Shown in pieces: positions 32,539-43,336 of a stretch of 64,000 bases of DNA. Source of the DNA: an uncultured Planctomycetaceae bacterium. Lineage in GTDB: Bacteria > Planctomycetota > Planctomycetia > Isosphaerales > Isosphaeraceae. The first letter of the stretch is position 1; each line of letters starts with the position of its first letter. The notes under the pieces are model-generated. The model had not been told where the DNA came from, made no database searches, and was given only the letters and a program-made list of their open reading frames with translations. Location of the stretch: assembly GCA_963833985.1 (NCBI GenBank), contig CAWIAD010000001.1, forward strand, positions 2,400,001 to 2,464,000, in the 5' to 3' direction. A program made the translations under genes and the position numbers.

Positions 32539-35500
32539 CTACTCAACCTTGATGCGGACGGTGTGGAAGATCTGCTTGCCCGAGACATCGCCGACGGTCA
32601 CGATCGCCTCATACTCCTTCGGTTCGGCGCCCAGGGGCACCTGCCAGGTCATGAGGCCGTCGGGGGAGACCGACAGGCCGTCCGGGCCGAGGGACAGGTC
32701 GAACGTCGCCCCGCCCGGGCTCGAGCGGACCTGGATCTGGTGCCTGAGCTTCTGCCCGCGCCGCGCCGGCAGGTCGGAGGGTGACGTCACGACGAGCACG
32801 GGCGTCGTCGGGCGGGCGATCCCCTCGTCGAGTGACAGCCGGCGGAGCACCAGGCGATCGTTGCTCGGGGGGACCGTGACCAGGAGGCTGGCCGCCGGGA
32901 TGAAGTGGAAGCGCCGGTCGAGCGTCATGCCATCGGCGACGCCCGCCGAACCTCCCGCGGCGTCGGCCATCTCGTCCAGGCCGCGGGCGGTCGCCAGCTC
33001 GGCCCCGTTGCTCGTGAGCCGGACCGTGGCCGACACCGAGCCCGAGGTCTGCCCCCCGCCGCGACTGATTCCCGCAACGGCCAGGTAATAATTCGGGTCG
33101 GTGGAGGGGATGAGGCTCTCGGGCGACGGCGACCGCCCATTCACCCTCTCGAAGGGATTGCCGTCGGCGTTCCGTCGCTCGCCTGTGCCGGTGAAGATCG
33201 TCCGGCCGTCGGCCCCGGGGACGACGTGGCCGAGCGCGTTGTGTTCATACCCCAGGCGGACCGTCCGCCCCTCGATTGCGATGGTCTGGAGGCCGGACGG
33301 GCCGTGGCTGACGCACCATGAGCCGAAGAGGGTCCCGCCGGGCGAGGCGCGGAGGTGTATGCGATCCGAGCCGGACTGGCAATACATCCGGAAGCTCCCC
33401 TCAGAGGTCCAGGCACCTCCCATCGGACTCCCTGCCCTGGGCGGCTCGATCTTGAGGACGCGGAAGGTCATCGGATCGATGAAGCTGCACCGGGCGGGCC
33501 CCGACGCGGCGGGCTCATTCCTCTGCGAGGCGCTCCAGAACGCCAGGATCGGTGCTTCGGAGTCGCTCCCCATCACGATGTTGTGGATCCGGCCCGAGAT
33601 CGGCTGTTTTTCTGCCTTGACCTCGAGGGTCATCTTCTTGAGATTCCAGCGCTGAAATACACCCTCTGAGGGGTACAGGAGGATGAGCCTCTCCGCCCCC
33701 GCCGCGATGAGCACTTCGTCCGAAGGGACATCGATTCGCTTGACGATCTCCGCAGAATTCACGTCGAAGATGGCGACCTGCCGGGCCTCCTTCAGGGTCA
33801 TGATCAAGTAGCGGCCCCCGCCGCCGACCACCAGGTCGCTCAATTTAGCGTCGAGTTTCCGGACCAGCGGTTCGGTTTGTTCGCGCTTCTGGCGGTCGAA
33901 CTCGGGCAGGCGGTAGACACGCACGGTCCCGTCGCTCCCTCCCCAGACGGCGTGACGGCCGTCGGGCGTGAAACAACCGCGGGTCGGACTAGCGTTCTCC
34001 CATGCCAATTGACCGACCTGTCTCTGGGACTCGATGTCCCAGAGCCGTAGTTCGGGCGCGTTGTAATCCGAGGAGAGGAGGAGACGGCCATCGGACGAGG
34101 CAGCCACCCAGGTCACCTCTCGAGGGTGACCGACGAAGCGATGAAGCTGCTGACCACTGTTCAAGTCCCAGATCCGGACAGTCCGGTCGTAGCTGGCAGA
34201 GACGGCTCGCAGCCCGTCTGGCAGAAAGACCGCGGCGCTCAACGTTCCATCGTGATTGCCCACGACGCGGATCTGCCGCCTCGTCTCAGCATCCCATAGT
34301 ATCAGTCTGGAGTCTCCACCGGTCAGGACGTGTCGGCCATCGGGCGATACCGCCAGGCCGAAGACCCGTCCCCTGTGTCCCGGTAATTGCCCGACCTCGC
34401 GTCCCGTTTCAAGGTCCCAAACCCGAACGGCCGAATCCGTACCATCTGCCAGGTGACTCGTCCCGCCGCTGGTCGAATAACCAAGCTGGCCGTCCTGGGA
34501 GAAGGCCACCTGGAAGACCACCTCCCTGTGCCCGCGGAGCTCGCGTACCAGGGCGCCCGATTCGAGATCCCAGAGGCGGACCACTCGATCCGAATGGCCC
34601 GAGAGAATGCGGCGGCCGTCCGGGGAGAAGGCGACGGCCGACAGCGGTGCGATGCCGCGGCCGAGGCGCCGGATCAACCGGCCGGTCTCGCGATCCCAGA
34701 GGATCGCCGATCTGTCTCCAGAGCAGGAGAGCAGATGACGACCGTCCGGGGAAACAGCGACGTTCTCCACGCTTCCGGTATGCCCCCGGAGCCGGGCCAC
34801 CTCCGTCAGGGACTCCGGCTTACCGCCCAGCAGCGCGTCTCCCAAGCGAACGTCGGGAGGCCTGATCGAGTTGCCCGCGCCGCGCGGGACGCCGTCGGCC
34901 TGGAGGACGCCCCCGAACACGAGCTTGACATTCTCGGTCGCCGGGTCCGCGCTGCGCATGACCGGCGGTGCTGGCCGCGGGATGATCGCGGCCTCGCCGG
35001 TCATGCGGTTCACGAGCAGCACGGGAGCCCCGGGCAACTCCAGCCGCCTCTTTCGTGTCGCCAGAATCGTCTCTCCCCGCTTCAGATCGACGGTGGCCTC
35101 GATCGCGGCCAGAGGCTTGCGGGCGGCCGCCGGCGCGACCTGGATTACGCTCGCCAGGGACAGGTCGATCGTCCTCGTTTTCCCCTTGGGGCCTACGCGC
35201 ACATTCGCCTTACCCAGGCCCTCGATCGGCCCGACCGCCATCTCCCCCCTCCGGCTTAGGACCCTGGGCGGTTTGTCGTTGAGCTGCTGAACGTCGCTCA
35301 GCAGGAAAGACGCCCTGCCGACTCGGATGAGCCGATCGGGGACGGCCGTCTCAACCCAGGTCCCGGCGATCAGCACACGGAGCTCCACAGGCGGTTCCGC
35401 GTCTTTCGGAACGGGCGTGAATGACACCCGGAAGCTGCCGTTGCCCGCCGGTGTCGCCGTGAAGGTCCGCGGCGGCGTGACGTCGGTCGCAACCTTCAGG

Positions 35501-36312
35501 GAGACGGAGAGCCCGTCTGGGAGCGAGCCGGTGGGGGACGCGGGCTGGACCTTGAGCGTCCACGTCACCCGGTTAAAGCGATCCTTATAGGGCAGCGAGG
35601 GAGGGTCGAACACGAGTGCGGGCGCCTCGAGGAAGGCACGGAGCCTTCCCACGGGGATAGCGAAGTTGGTCGCGGCGCCGGGGATCGTCGCCACCGCGAC
35701 ACCCACGACCTTACCGTCGGGCCCCAGCACCGGGCCGCCCGAATTTCCCGGGTTGAGCTGGTTGTCGAACTGGATAAGCTCCAGGCGGCCCTCGTCCCTC
35801 CGCAAGGAAGTGATCTTGCTTTCCAGGACCGTGATGTCCGGGTAGCCGTCGCGCCGGAAGGCCAGCACGGAGCCGAACGGGAATCCGAACGTCGTCACGG
35901 GCATCGTCAAGGTGAGGTCTTCGTCACGTCCCAACGACAGTGAGTGGAAATCGGCGCCCGGATCCGCCCGCAGCAGCGCGAGGTCGAGACGATCGTCGGC
36001 CCGAAGAACCCTGGCCCGGAGGATAGGCCGCTTTGAGCCGCTACTCGGGTCCAGTACGAGCCGCAAGTCCGCCCGTCCCCCCTCCGCATCACGAACGACG
36101 TGGGCATTGGTGATGAACAAGCCCGACCTGTCGATGCAGAAGGCCGAGCCTGAGCTCCCCTCTTCTCGTCTCGGCGAGTCGACCTGAACCAGAGCCGTCG
36201 CCTGCTTGCCCAGGCTGACGATATCCTTGCCTCGTGGCTCCTCACTCCGCCCCGCGGCGGGCCAGAAGGTCGCCAAGAGCACAATGAAGCAAGCTCCCTG
36301 AAAGTACCTCAT
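32539..36312 (-). CDS. Secreted trypsin-like serine protease with WD40 propeller and C-terminal Ig-like domain
   Basis: Signal peptide; triad ITNAHVV / DLALL / GNSGGP; about 7 GH..WD repeats; C-terminal GPDGLSVSPDGLMTW Ig-like module. Confidence 0.9.
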   Translation of the reverse strand: MRYFQGACFIVLLATFWPAAGRSEEPRGKDIVSLGKQATALVQVDSPRREEGSSGSAFCIDRSGLFITNAHVVRDAEGGRADLRLVLDPSSGSKRPILRARVLRADDRLDLALLRADPGADFHSLSLGRDEDLTLTMPVTTFGFPFGSVLAFRRDGYPDITVLESKITSLRRDEGRLELIQFDNQLNPGNSGGPVLGPDGKVVGVAVATIPGAATNFAIPVGRLRAFLEAPALVFDPPSLPYKDRFNRVTWTLKVQPASPTGSLPDGLSVSLKVATDVTPPRTFTATPAGNGSFRVSFTPVPKDAEPPVELRVLIAGTWVETAVPDRLIRVGRASFLLSDVQQLNDKPPRVLSRRGEMAVGPIEGLGKANVRVGPKGKTRTIDLSLASVIQVAPAAARKPLAAIEATVDLKRGETILATRKRRLELPGAPVLLVNRMTGEAAIIPRPAPPVMRSADPATENVKLVFGGVLQADGVPRGAGNSIRPPDVRLGDALLGGKPESLTEVARLRGHTGSVENVAVSPDGRHLLSCSGDRSAILWDRETGRLIRRLGRGIAPLSAVAFSPDGRRILSGHSDRVVRLWDLESGALVRELRGHREVVFQVAFSQDGQLGYSTSGGTSHLADGTDSAVRVWDLETGREVGQLPGHRGRVFGLAVSPDGRHVLTGGDSRLILWDAETRRQIRVVGNHDGTLSAAVFLPDGLRAVSASYDRTVRIWDLNSGQQLHRFVGHPREVTWVAASSDGRLLLSSDYNAPELRLWDIESQRQVGQLAWENASPTRGCFTPDGRHAVWGGSDGTVRVYRLPEFDRQKREQTEPLVRKLDAKLSDLVVGGGGRYLIMTLKEARQVAIFDVNSAEIVKRIDVPSDEVLIAAGAERLILLYPSEGVFQRWNLKKMTLEVKAEKQPISGRIHNIVMGSDSEAPILAFWSASQRNEPAASGPARCSFIDPMTFRVLKIEPPRAGSPMGGAWTSEGSFRMYCQSGSDRIHLRASPGGTLFGSWCVSHGPSGLQTIAIEGRTVRLGYEHNALGHVVPGADGRTIFTGTGERRNADGNPFERVNGRSPSPESLIPSTDPNYYLAVAGISRGGGQTSGSVSATVRLTSNGAELATARGLDEMADAAGGSAGVADGMTLDRRFHFIPAASLLVTVPPSNDRLVLRRLSLDEGIARPTTPVLVVTSPSDLPARRGQKLRHQIQVRSSPGGATFDLSLGPDGLSVSPDGLMTWQVPLGAEPKEYEAIVTVGDVSGKQIFHTVRIKVE

Positions 36313-36610
36313 GGCTTCTCACTTCCCTTCGACATTCGTGACAACGATGCCGACACCATCAGGCCTAGCTCCAGCACTGACTGACGCAGGCCGCCCCGGA
36401 ACCTTACGTTCACGAACTCCTGGATATTGTGGTTTTCTGTGCAATTCCGCCGCAGCGTAGCAAGGCCAGCTGGCTCAGCAGGTCTCGCTCGCCGCGGCGG
36501 GAAAACGCGTCACGAAGCCTCGATTCGACCTTGCCTTCCCACAGTCAGCATGGACGTTAAGTACCGCACCATGATGCTCGGAGGCACCAATTCGGATCCG
36601 GAAATTTCTG

Positions 36611-37387
36611 CTATCGTGAAATGAACGAGCCTGCGAGCCAGGTTGCTCGTCGGGAATACAGGACTAGGAAACAGAGAGGCAGAGCAAGAACCCAGCTCGA
36701 CGGCTCAGGGACGGAAATCAGGGTCCCGAGTCCACCAGTCGGGGCGACTGCGGAGACCGACCAATTGTCTGACTCGAAGAAGGATTCCGTTGAGTAGGAA
36801 TTGCTCAGCACGACCTGCGAAATCGACTCGCCTCCTGTGGCGACGAAACTGATGTAGAAGAATGGCTCCCACCAGTCCTGTCCGTTGTTCGGATTGCCGA
36901 AATACTGGCTGCCGACAGGCAATCGGGACAAGGCCTGTAGTACGTATTGGGTGTCGAAGCTCCCCAGAAGCTTGCCCGCGGGGTCGTACAAGGCCAAATT
37001 GTTATTCGCGTCAGCCGCCGACCACCAGAGGCCGAAATAGGCCTGCGGCCCGTTCAGTGCAAGGCTCACTGGCCCGCTGTACGTGAATCCGCCGAATGTG
37101 AAGTAGTTTCCAGTCCCCCCGGCGCCGCCCCACTGGTTTGCCTGTGTGATCCAGAAGTCGCCGGGCGCGGTGACCTGCCCGACCGCCGTGGCGAGTGACA
37201 TGTTCAGGCCCGTCGGGATGCCGTCAAAACCTTCTGTGGAGATCGTCACGCCCGGACCGGTCGCCTGACTGGTCTGGATCCCTGGTGCCTCCACGTAGAC
37301 CTCGAGTGATCCGGCTCGGGCTTCGAGCGATCCGAGCGACATGAATGCAGTCGCCGTGATGACGATGCCGATCGAGTAAATCTTCAT
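36611..37387 (-). CDS. PEP-CTERM sorting domain protein
   Basis: Signal peptide (..EARA|G), C-terminal VPEPSSWVLAL...YSRR. Confidence 0.88.
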   Translation of the reverse strand: MKIYSIGIVITATAFMSLGSLEARAGSLEVYVEAPGIQTSQATGPGVTISTEGFDGIPTGLNMSLATAVGQVTAPGDFWITQANQWGGAGGTGNYFTFGGFTYSGPVSLALNGPQAYFGLWWSAADANNNLALYDPAGKLLGSFDTQYVLQALSRLPVGSQYFGNPNNGQDWWEPFFYISFVATGGESISQVVLSNSYSTESFFESDNWSVSAVAPTGGLGTLISVPEPSSWVLALPLCFLVLYSRRATWLAGSFISR

Positions 37388-37481
37388 TGGCGATCTCCTC
37401 ATGATGGTTCCCGGGAACGAACACACAGGGCGTCAAAGGGAAAGGAAACCGATGCGGCGTCACCGATCAAAGATCGATGGG

Positions 37482-37850
37482 TCAGGTGCCGCGTCTCGTG
37501 ACGCAGCTGACCAGGGCAATCACCCAGACCAGGAAGGTTATGTTGGCCTCGGTCAGGAGCAGCTTGCTCATCGTCCCCACAGTGAGCATCGAGCCCGCCG
37601 CGAATCCGGCGGCGAGGAACGACGCTAGCCCGACCCGTGCGGCAATCGCGAGCAAATCCGGCGGACATCCCATACCCGGGACTGAGTTCGTGACCGGATC
37701 GTCTAGCCAGCCGTCCCGAAGTCCCTCCGCCGCGCTGGGGTCGGGCAGACGGACGGGATGCGGATGAATCGGACCCGGATCCGACTGCCGAATTCGGATC
37801 GTTGGTGCAGGAAGTTCGCACGTCTTGTGGACAGTCAATCTGGAAGGCAT
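37482..37850 (-). CDS. Hypothetical small membrane protein
   Basis: Pro-rich N-terminus and two C-terminal hydrophobic helices; co-oriented with its neighbours. Confidence 0.45.
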   Translation of the reverse strand: MPSRLTVHKTCELPAPTIRIRQSDPGPIHPHPVRLPDPSAAEGLRDGWLDDPVTNSVPGMGCPPDLLAIAARVGLASFLAAGFAAGSMLTVGTMSKLLLTEANITFLVWVIALVSCVTRRGT

Positions 37851-37931
37851 CCGGTGACTCTCATCGAGAGTAAATGCGCCTCTGTCCTGGACTGGCGATG
37901 CCGAAGCTCGGCGAGGGGACCACGGCTATCG

Positions 37932-39410
37932 CTAGCCGGCCGGCTTGCCGTTCCAGACGGCCTCCAGCTCGGGGGACCCTCGGCGTGGGATGCCGTTCTC
38001 GGACATGACCTCCTTTGTCGCCTCTTCGACTTCCTTGCGACGGAATACCAGTGTCTCGGCCTGGTCCTCGGCGAAGCGGAACGTCACGAACTCGTCGCGT
38101 GTGTCGCGGAGCACTTCCACCAGGTGCCGCAGGTGCGGGATCGCGACGCCGTTGACTGACTCGATCACCTGGCCGATCGGGTCGCCGTAGCCGCGGGCAA
38201 TCTTGTGAGGAAACAAGGGAGAGGTCACAGCCACCAACTCCTCCCCGAGGAATCGCATGCGGTCGGCCGATCGCGTCACCACGGGGCTGTTACGACTCAG
38301 CAGTGACGGATTGAGGCGAAGGTAGGTTTCGACGGTTTCCGAGACGACCGGGGAGAAGACCAGCGGGCCGTAGACGAAGAACGCCGGGGCGCGGCCGTCG
38401 AGGTCGCGGATGAGCACGTTGTCTTCCCGCCAAACCGGAAAGGCCATCTCCACAGTGCGCCCGTCCCGGACTAGGCGCGTCGGTATGGTCCCTTTTCGCT
38501 CCAGCTTCGGCACCAGATAGGGAAAAGGCAGTCGGAGCCCGTCACGCACCTGGATCATCCCCTCGCGGTCGATCGGGCGGTCTCCAATCTGCGTCAGGAC
38601 ATCGAACTCGCGGAGCAGTCCGGTGGCCCTTGGATCGGGGCGGCGGATCATGATCCCGCCAGCATCGCGGTCCAGGCCCAGGCGGGCGCGAAGGCTCTCG
38701 TTCTCGACCACTTGGAATTCCCCCATCATCTGGGGCTTGCCGTCGTATTGGCCGTCCTTGATGTCTTCGAGGAAGGCATCGATCTCCTCGTTGGGCAGGA
38801 TGAAGTTGATGCCCTGGGTCCCGATCAGCCGCGAGACGGCGATCCCGATCATCTTGCCGTCCACCAGCACAGGCCCGCCGCTGTTCCCGGGGTTAATCGC
38901 GGCATCGACCTGGAGGTGAATGCCCGAAGTCCCACCCTCGTAGGGGCCGAAGCCGACCCGGGAGATGATTCCCTTGGTGACCGACACGCCATTGCCGCCA
39001 ATCGGGTAGCCATACACCAGCACTGGCGCCATGACCCGCGGCAACTCGGAGGCCCGCGAGAGAGGCTCCCGCCGCTCGAGAAACGCGGGGTCTTCCGGAG
39101 TAATCAACGCTAGGTCGATCCCCTGGCCGATGGCCTCGATCTTCGCGTCGACCCGGCGGCCGCCGTCGCGCCCCTGGACGGTGATCTGGTGCGAATAGGT
39201 GACGAGGTGGGCGCACGTCAAGATCTTGTTGCCGGGGATCACTACGCCCGAGCCCGACATATCGGTCGGATCCAGCTTTGTCCATGGTCGAATGACATTT
39301 GGCAACCGGCGCGAGACCGTGACCTTGACGACAGCATCCTCAGGCGACCCGGCGCCAAGGCAAGCGACTGCAAGCACTGAGCTCAGGAATCCCAGACAAC
39401 AGGTCCTCAT
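37932..39410 (-). CDS. HtrA/Deg-like trypsin serine protease with PDZ-like domains
   Basis: GSGVVI..ILTCAHLV, IDLAL, GYPIGG, QVDAAINPGNSGGP; PDZ-like C-terminus. Confidence 0.9.
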   Translation of the reverse strand: MRTCCLGFLSSVLAVACLGAGSPEDAVVKVTVSRRLPNVIRPWTKLDPTDMSGSGVVIPGNKILTCAHLVTYSHQITVQGRDGGRRVDAKIEAIGQGIDLALITPEDPAFLERREPLSRASELPRVMAPVLVYGYPIGGNGVSVTKGIISRVGFGPYEGGTSGIHLQVDAAINPGNSGGPVLVDGKMIGIAVSRLIGTQGINFILPNEEIDAFLEDIKDGQYDGKPQMMGEFQVVENESLRARLGLDRDAGGIMIRRPDPRATGLLREFDVLTQIGDRPIDREGMIQVRDGLRLPFPYLVPKLERKGTIPTRLVRDGRTVEMAFPVWREDNVLIRDLDGRAPAFFVYGPLVFSPVVSETVETYLRLNPSLLSRNSPVVTRSADRMRFLGEELVAVTSPLFPHKIARGYGDPIGQVIESVNGVAIPHLRHLVEVLRDTRDEFVTFRFAEDQAETLVFRRKEVEEATKEVMSENGIPRRGSPELEAVWNGKPAG

Positions 39411-39420
39411 GGTGAACTCC

Positions 39421-39999
39421 TCACGGCTGAACGGGACGATTCAGGAAGTGACGTGGAACGAAAGCAGGACATCCCCAGCACGGTGCATTGAGCTCGAAGA
39501 GCCTCATGATCCAAGGCGCGATTGCGCTGAAAGCGAAAGGAGCAGCGGCAAGGCATAGTGAGTCCAGAAAGTCCCACCGGCCGGTACGGTCGTGCCATGT
39601 CGCCGCCAGAGTTAGGCCCGGTGTGGTGAGCGCGAGCAGGATTTCCCCAGGATCGACGTCCGACGGATGATCCGTGATCCAGGCCGGTATGAACGGCAGA
39701 GGCACGCAAGCGACAAGAGTGTGTCATCCGACCTCCCACTGCAGCTCGGGGAACACCCGGGGAAGAACGTAGAGGAGCGGCGTCAGGAAGGCCACGCCGA
39801 CATCAAGCGGCCAGGGCAAGGTCCGCAAACCGATGGCCACCAGTGCAATGATCAACGCGACCTCCTGGAGGTTGACCAGTCTTCCTCCTCCGACTCGCCA
39901 GCGGGCATCCACCACCAGCCCAGATTCAGCTCCGTGTATCCTCTGCATGGTCGATACGCGCACGGCGCAGCAGCGCCCGACACTCCCTGGCCCCCACAT
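39421..39999 (-). pseudogene. Putative membrane protein interrupted by one in-frame TGA (39724-39726)
   Basis: ORFs 39724-39999 and 39421-39705 share a frame (QWEVG*HTLVACVPLPFIP) and both are hydrophobic. Confidence 0.4.
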
Positions 40000-40230
40000 T
40001 TTGCGGGCGGGGAGCCATGATGTCTCTTCACCCCGGTCTTACGTCTCTCTCCTCCTGCTCTTACATGGCTCCCGGGAGCTAAACTGTGAAATCGACTTGG
40101 CGTTTGTTCCCCGTGCGAACTCTTGACCCTTCGTCGAGCCCGCTGGTTCCGTCGCCATGGCTGAGGCCAGCGCCTTCGCCTTCAGCCCCATGGCTCGGCG
40201 GATCAATGTGCCCCTGGCTCGCCTCAGCGG

Positions 40231-41382
40231 TCACCACCCCCGGACGATCAAGGATTCGAGGTCTGTCGAGCAATGGGTAAGGCATTCGGCCCCATCTCGG
40301 GTCACCAGGACGGTGTCGGAGTGTCGGAAGCCGCCCAGGCCCTCCAGATAAATCCCCGGCTCGACGCTGACGACCATGTTCTCGGCCAGGACGTCAGAGC
40401 TCCCCTCGGCGATCCAGGGGGCCTCGTGGTTCCCCAGTCCGATCCCGTGCCCCGTGCGATGCAGCCGTCGCTCCTCGCCGGCGTAACCCTCGACTCGCAA
40501 AAACACATTGACTCTCGCATCCAGATCGCAGCATGCGACGCCGGGCCGGATCATCCGCAGCGCGATTCCCCGCGCCTCGTCCATCGCTCGGAACGCCCGC
40601 CGTTCGTCTTCGGAAGGCACGGACGTGAAGAAGGTCCGCTCGCTCTCGGCGGCATAGCCGTTGACTCGCAAGAGTGCCAGGGCAACGTGGGGACCCAACT
40701 GGAGCCTGTCGTTCAGGTCAGGGATCGAGTGGGGCTGGGCGCTCCGCGGGGCGGCCCACGTCACCATCAGGACCCGGGTTGTCAGAAACTCCCAGTCGTC
40801 GAGCCTGCGGAGGACGGTGCGGCCCAGGGGCCCAGCTCGCGCCAGACCCTCCGCGACCGTCGCCCCGAAATAGGCTGCGCCGAGCAGCTCGATGACGCCC
40901 CGGTCGGCATATCGCGAGGACCTCCGGATCATCGCGACCTCACCCGGCGACTTGACGAGGCGGAGCCGCTCGACCAGCGGCAGGGTGACAAGCGACAGGT
41001 CGCTCAATTCATCGGCGATCTCCCGCTGCAGCGAAGGCTCGATGCCGACCCGGCGCGCGTCCCCGATCAGGCTCCGCACGCCATCGACCCACCCGTCTCC
41101 CCCCGGCGCCGGATACTCGCGGTAGGTTCGTCGCTCCGCGACGTTCCGGGCCTTCTTCATGTGCTCGGCGTCGAGCCTGGGCACAAGGAGCGCAGGGCCT
41201 CTAACGCCGCGGGGGAAGACGGCGAGGAAGAACGGCCGCTCCAGAGGCTCGAACCCCGCCCCGGTCAGATAGTAGATGCTGTCGAACGAGGAGACCAGGA
41301 ACACGTCGAGCCCTACCTCGTCAACTGCGGACTCCAGTCGCTCGAGCCGGTCTCGGTACTCCCCGACGGAAATCCTCAGCAT
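40231..41382 (-). CDS. M24 family Xaa-Pro peptidase
   Basis: Creatinase-like N-domain (SIYYLTG), RLVKSPGEV, HRTGHGIGLGNHEAP, EPGIY, FRHSDTV. Confidence 0.92.
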   Translation of the reverse strand: MLRISVGEYRDRLERLESAVDEVGLDVFLVSSFDSIYYLTGAGFEPLERPFFLAVFPRGVRGPALLVPRLDAEHMKKARNVAERRTYREYPAPGGDGWVDGVRSLIGDARRVGIEPSLQREIADELSDLSLVTLPLVERLRLVKSPGEVAMIRRSSRYADRGVIELLGAAYFGATVAEGLARAGPLGRTVLRRLDDWEFLTTRVLMVTWAAPRSAQPHSIPDLNDRLQLGPHVALALLRVNGYAAESERTFFTSVPSEDERRAFRAMDEARGIALRMIRPGVACCDLDARVNVFLRVEGYAGEERRLHRTGHGIGLGNHEAPWIAEGSSDVLAENMVVSVEPGIYLEGLGGFRHSDTVLVTRDGAECLTHCSTDLESLIVRGW

Positions 41383-41459
41383 GTCGTGATCCCCACCACG
41401 CGAATTCGATCCTTCGCCATGCCACACGCTCATTTGATACGCAGTTGAGCCCTGTCTAT

Positions 41460-41568
41460 TACACGTCCCGTGCCGATCCGGATGGATTTTCCTAAATGGT
41501 TATACCGCAATGGGTTACAGTTATTCGACATGGAAGAGCATCGTCGGGGTGCAACATTCCTTGTAGCA
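41460..41568 (-). promoter_or_regulatory. Candidate sigma54 promoter plus upstream palindromic activator site
   Basis: Minus-strand CGGCACG-GGAC-GTGTA (41475-41460) versus consensus TGGCACG-N4-TTGCW; palindrome TGCAACA-N5-TGTAGCA (41550-41568); AT-rich spacer between. Confidence 0.35.
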
Positions 41569-41617
41569 TGACCTGCATTCCACGCATAAAGGTCCCGAGT
41601 CCGATTAAGGAGGGCCC

Positions 41618-43201
41618 ATGTCACTATTCTCCTCTGAGGAGCGGGGCGATGCCGAGGCGATCGCCGGGATCGCGTTCGGGAACCCCTTCCTGCCCGAGCG
41701 GATCGAGCGGGAGAAAAAGTTACTGGACCGAGAATTCCGAGACACCGGTCCGGTGATCACCTTCCAGCCCGACGCCGGCTACGACGAGCTGTTCCCGAAC
41801 GTCAGGGAGTTGCATCGTCGGGCCGAGAGACTTACCGAGGCATCCCGGCAGCGGCTTGGATCCGGCCAGCATGCGAGCGATGCGGACCTGGCCCTCTACG
41901 AGGATCTCGTCTGCTACGTGCTCTACAATCGCCATGTCAGCCTGGTCCGTGAAGACATCAGGGCGGCGATGGTCAAGGTTGGCTGGAAGGGCCCAGTCGA
42001 GGAGTGGCCGAATTTCCTTGCGAACTTCCGTTACTTCTTCGGACCGTCCGGGGGCTCGCCTCGATCACATCACCAGCCGGAGCATCTTTTCGCGCTCTTG
42101 TTTCAGGTCGCGCGGGCGTTCCATGCGATCTTCGAGTCCATCGTCGGCTCTTCATCGCCCTCGGCCAGGCTCCGCGCAGCCGTCTGGCAATCGATCTTTA
42201 CGCACGACATGCGTCGGTACATGCGGCTGCTTTATCGGCAGATGCCAGACATCCCGACGCTCATCACTGGACCTTCCGGGACCGGCAAGGAGCTTGTCGT
42301 GCGCGCGATCGGGACGTCGGGCTTCATCCCCTTCAAGCCGGGTGAGGAAGGGTTCGGCGCTGACGGATTCAAGAGATACTCCGCGCTGAACCTATCGGCG
42401 CTGTCGCCGGGCCTGATCGAGTCAGAACTCTTCGGGTACGTGCAGGGCTCATTTACCGATGCCCGCAAGGATCGGCCGGGCTGGCTGGAGTCCGGCAGTA
42501 CGCTCGGCGCGATCTTCCTGGACGAGATTGGCGAACTCGACCTGAGCATTCAGGTCAAGCTGCTGCGGGTTCTTCAGAGCAGAGAATTCCATCCAGTCGG
42601 AAGTAAGGAGACGAGGCCCTTCAAGGCCAAGCTGATTGCCGCGACCAATCGCGACCTCGCCACCGAGATGCGCGCCGGCCGCTTCCGCCAGGACTTCTAC
42701 TACCGCCTCTGCGCCGACGCCATCATCACGCCAGGTCTGAGAGAACAGCTCTTGGACAGGCCCGATGACTTGCCTGCCATCGTTCGTTACGTGGTCCGGC
42801 TTCGCGTGTTGCGGTCCGAGGGCGGCAGCGAGATGCCTCCTGCCGACGAGGATGTCAAGACGCTGGTCGAGGAGGTGACCGCGTGGATCAAACGACATCT
42901 CGGCACCTCCTACGCCTGGCCGGGTAATTCTCGCGAGCTCGAGCAGTGCGTGCGCAGCCTGATGATCCGCAGTGAGTATCAGCGCTTAGACGCCACCACG
43001 CAGGCCGATCCGATCGAGTCGTTCCTCCGCGAGGTCCGGGAGGGCTCCCTGTCCCAGTCGGCCCTGCTCGGCAAGTACTACGCCATCGTCCTGGCCCGCA
43101 CCGAGAGCTACGCCGCTGCGGCCCGGCGGCTGGGAAAAAACTACCGGACGGTGCCCGCCCACATCGATCGCGAATTCTACTCGCGGCTCACGCGTCACTG
43201 A
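41618..43201 (+). CDS. Sigma54-interacting AAA+ transcriptional activator (no receiver domain)
   Basis: GPSGTGKEL, ESELFG..GSFTDA, FLDEIGE, AATNRDL, FRQDFYYRL, WPGNSREL, C-terminal HTH YAAAARRLG. Confidence 0.92.
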   Translation: MSLFSSEERGDAEAIAGIAFGNPFLPERIEREKKLLDREFRDTGPVITFQPDAGYDELFPNVRELHRRAERLTEASRQRLGSGQHASDADLALYEDLVCYVLYNRHVSLVREDIRAAMVKVGWKGPVEEWPNFLANFRYFFGPSGGSPRSHHQPEHLFALLFQVARAFHAIFESIVGSSSPSARLRAAVWQSIFTHDMRRYMRLLYRQMPDIPTLITGPSGTGKELVVRAIGTSGFIPFKPGEEGFGADGFKRYSALNLSALSPGLIESELFGYVQGSFTDARKDRPGWLESGSTLGAIFLDEIGELDLSIQVKLLRVLQSREFHPVGSKETRPFKAKLIAATNRDLATEMRAGRFRQDFYYRLCADAIITPGLREQLLDRPDDLPAIVRYVVRLRVLRSEGGSEMPPADEDVKTLVEEVTAWIKRHLGTSYAWPGNSRELEQCVRSLMIRSEYQRLDATTQADPIESFLREVREGSLSQSALLGKYYAIVLARTESYAAAARRLGKNYRTVPAHIDREFYSRLTRH

Positions 43202-43336
43202 TCCGCAGACGAGCTCGGTGCAACCCGCGATAGATGCCTATCGCGATCTGGAGCCTTCACACCTTGCGATCGACCGGATACGCGTTAGAATCGGCTGACA
43301 GCTTCATCTCACCATCTCTTCTGCCTTGAGGTACAC

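Noticed and set aside
39724..39726. Selenocysteine or recoded TGA
   Set aside because: No redox motif context and no evident SECIS hairpin; a nonsense mutation or base error is simpler.
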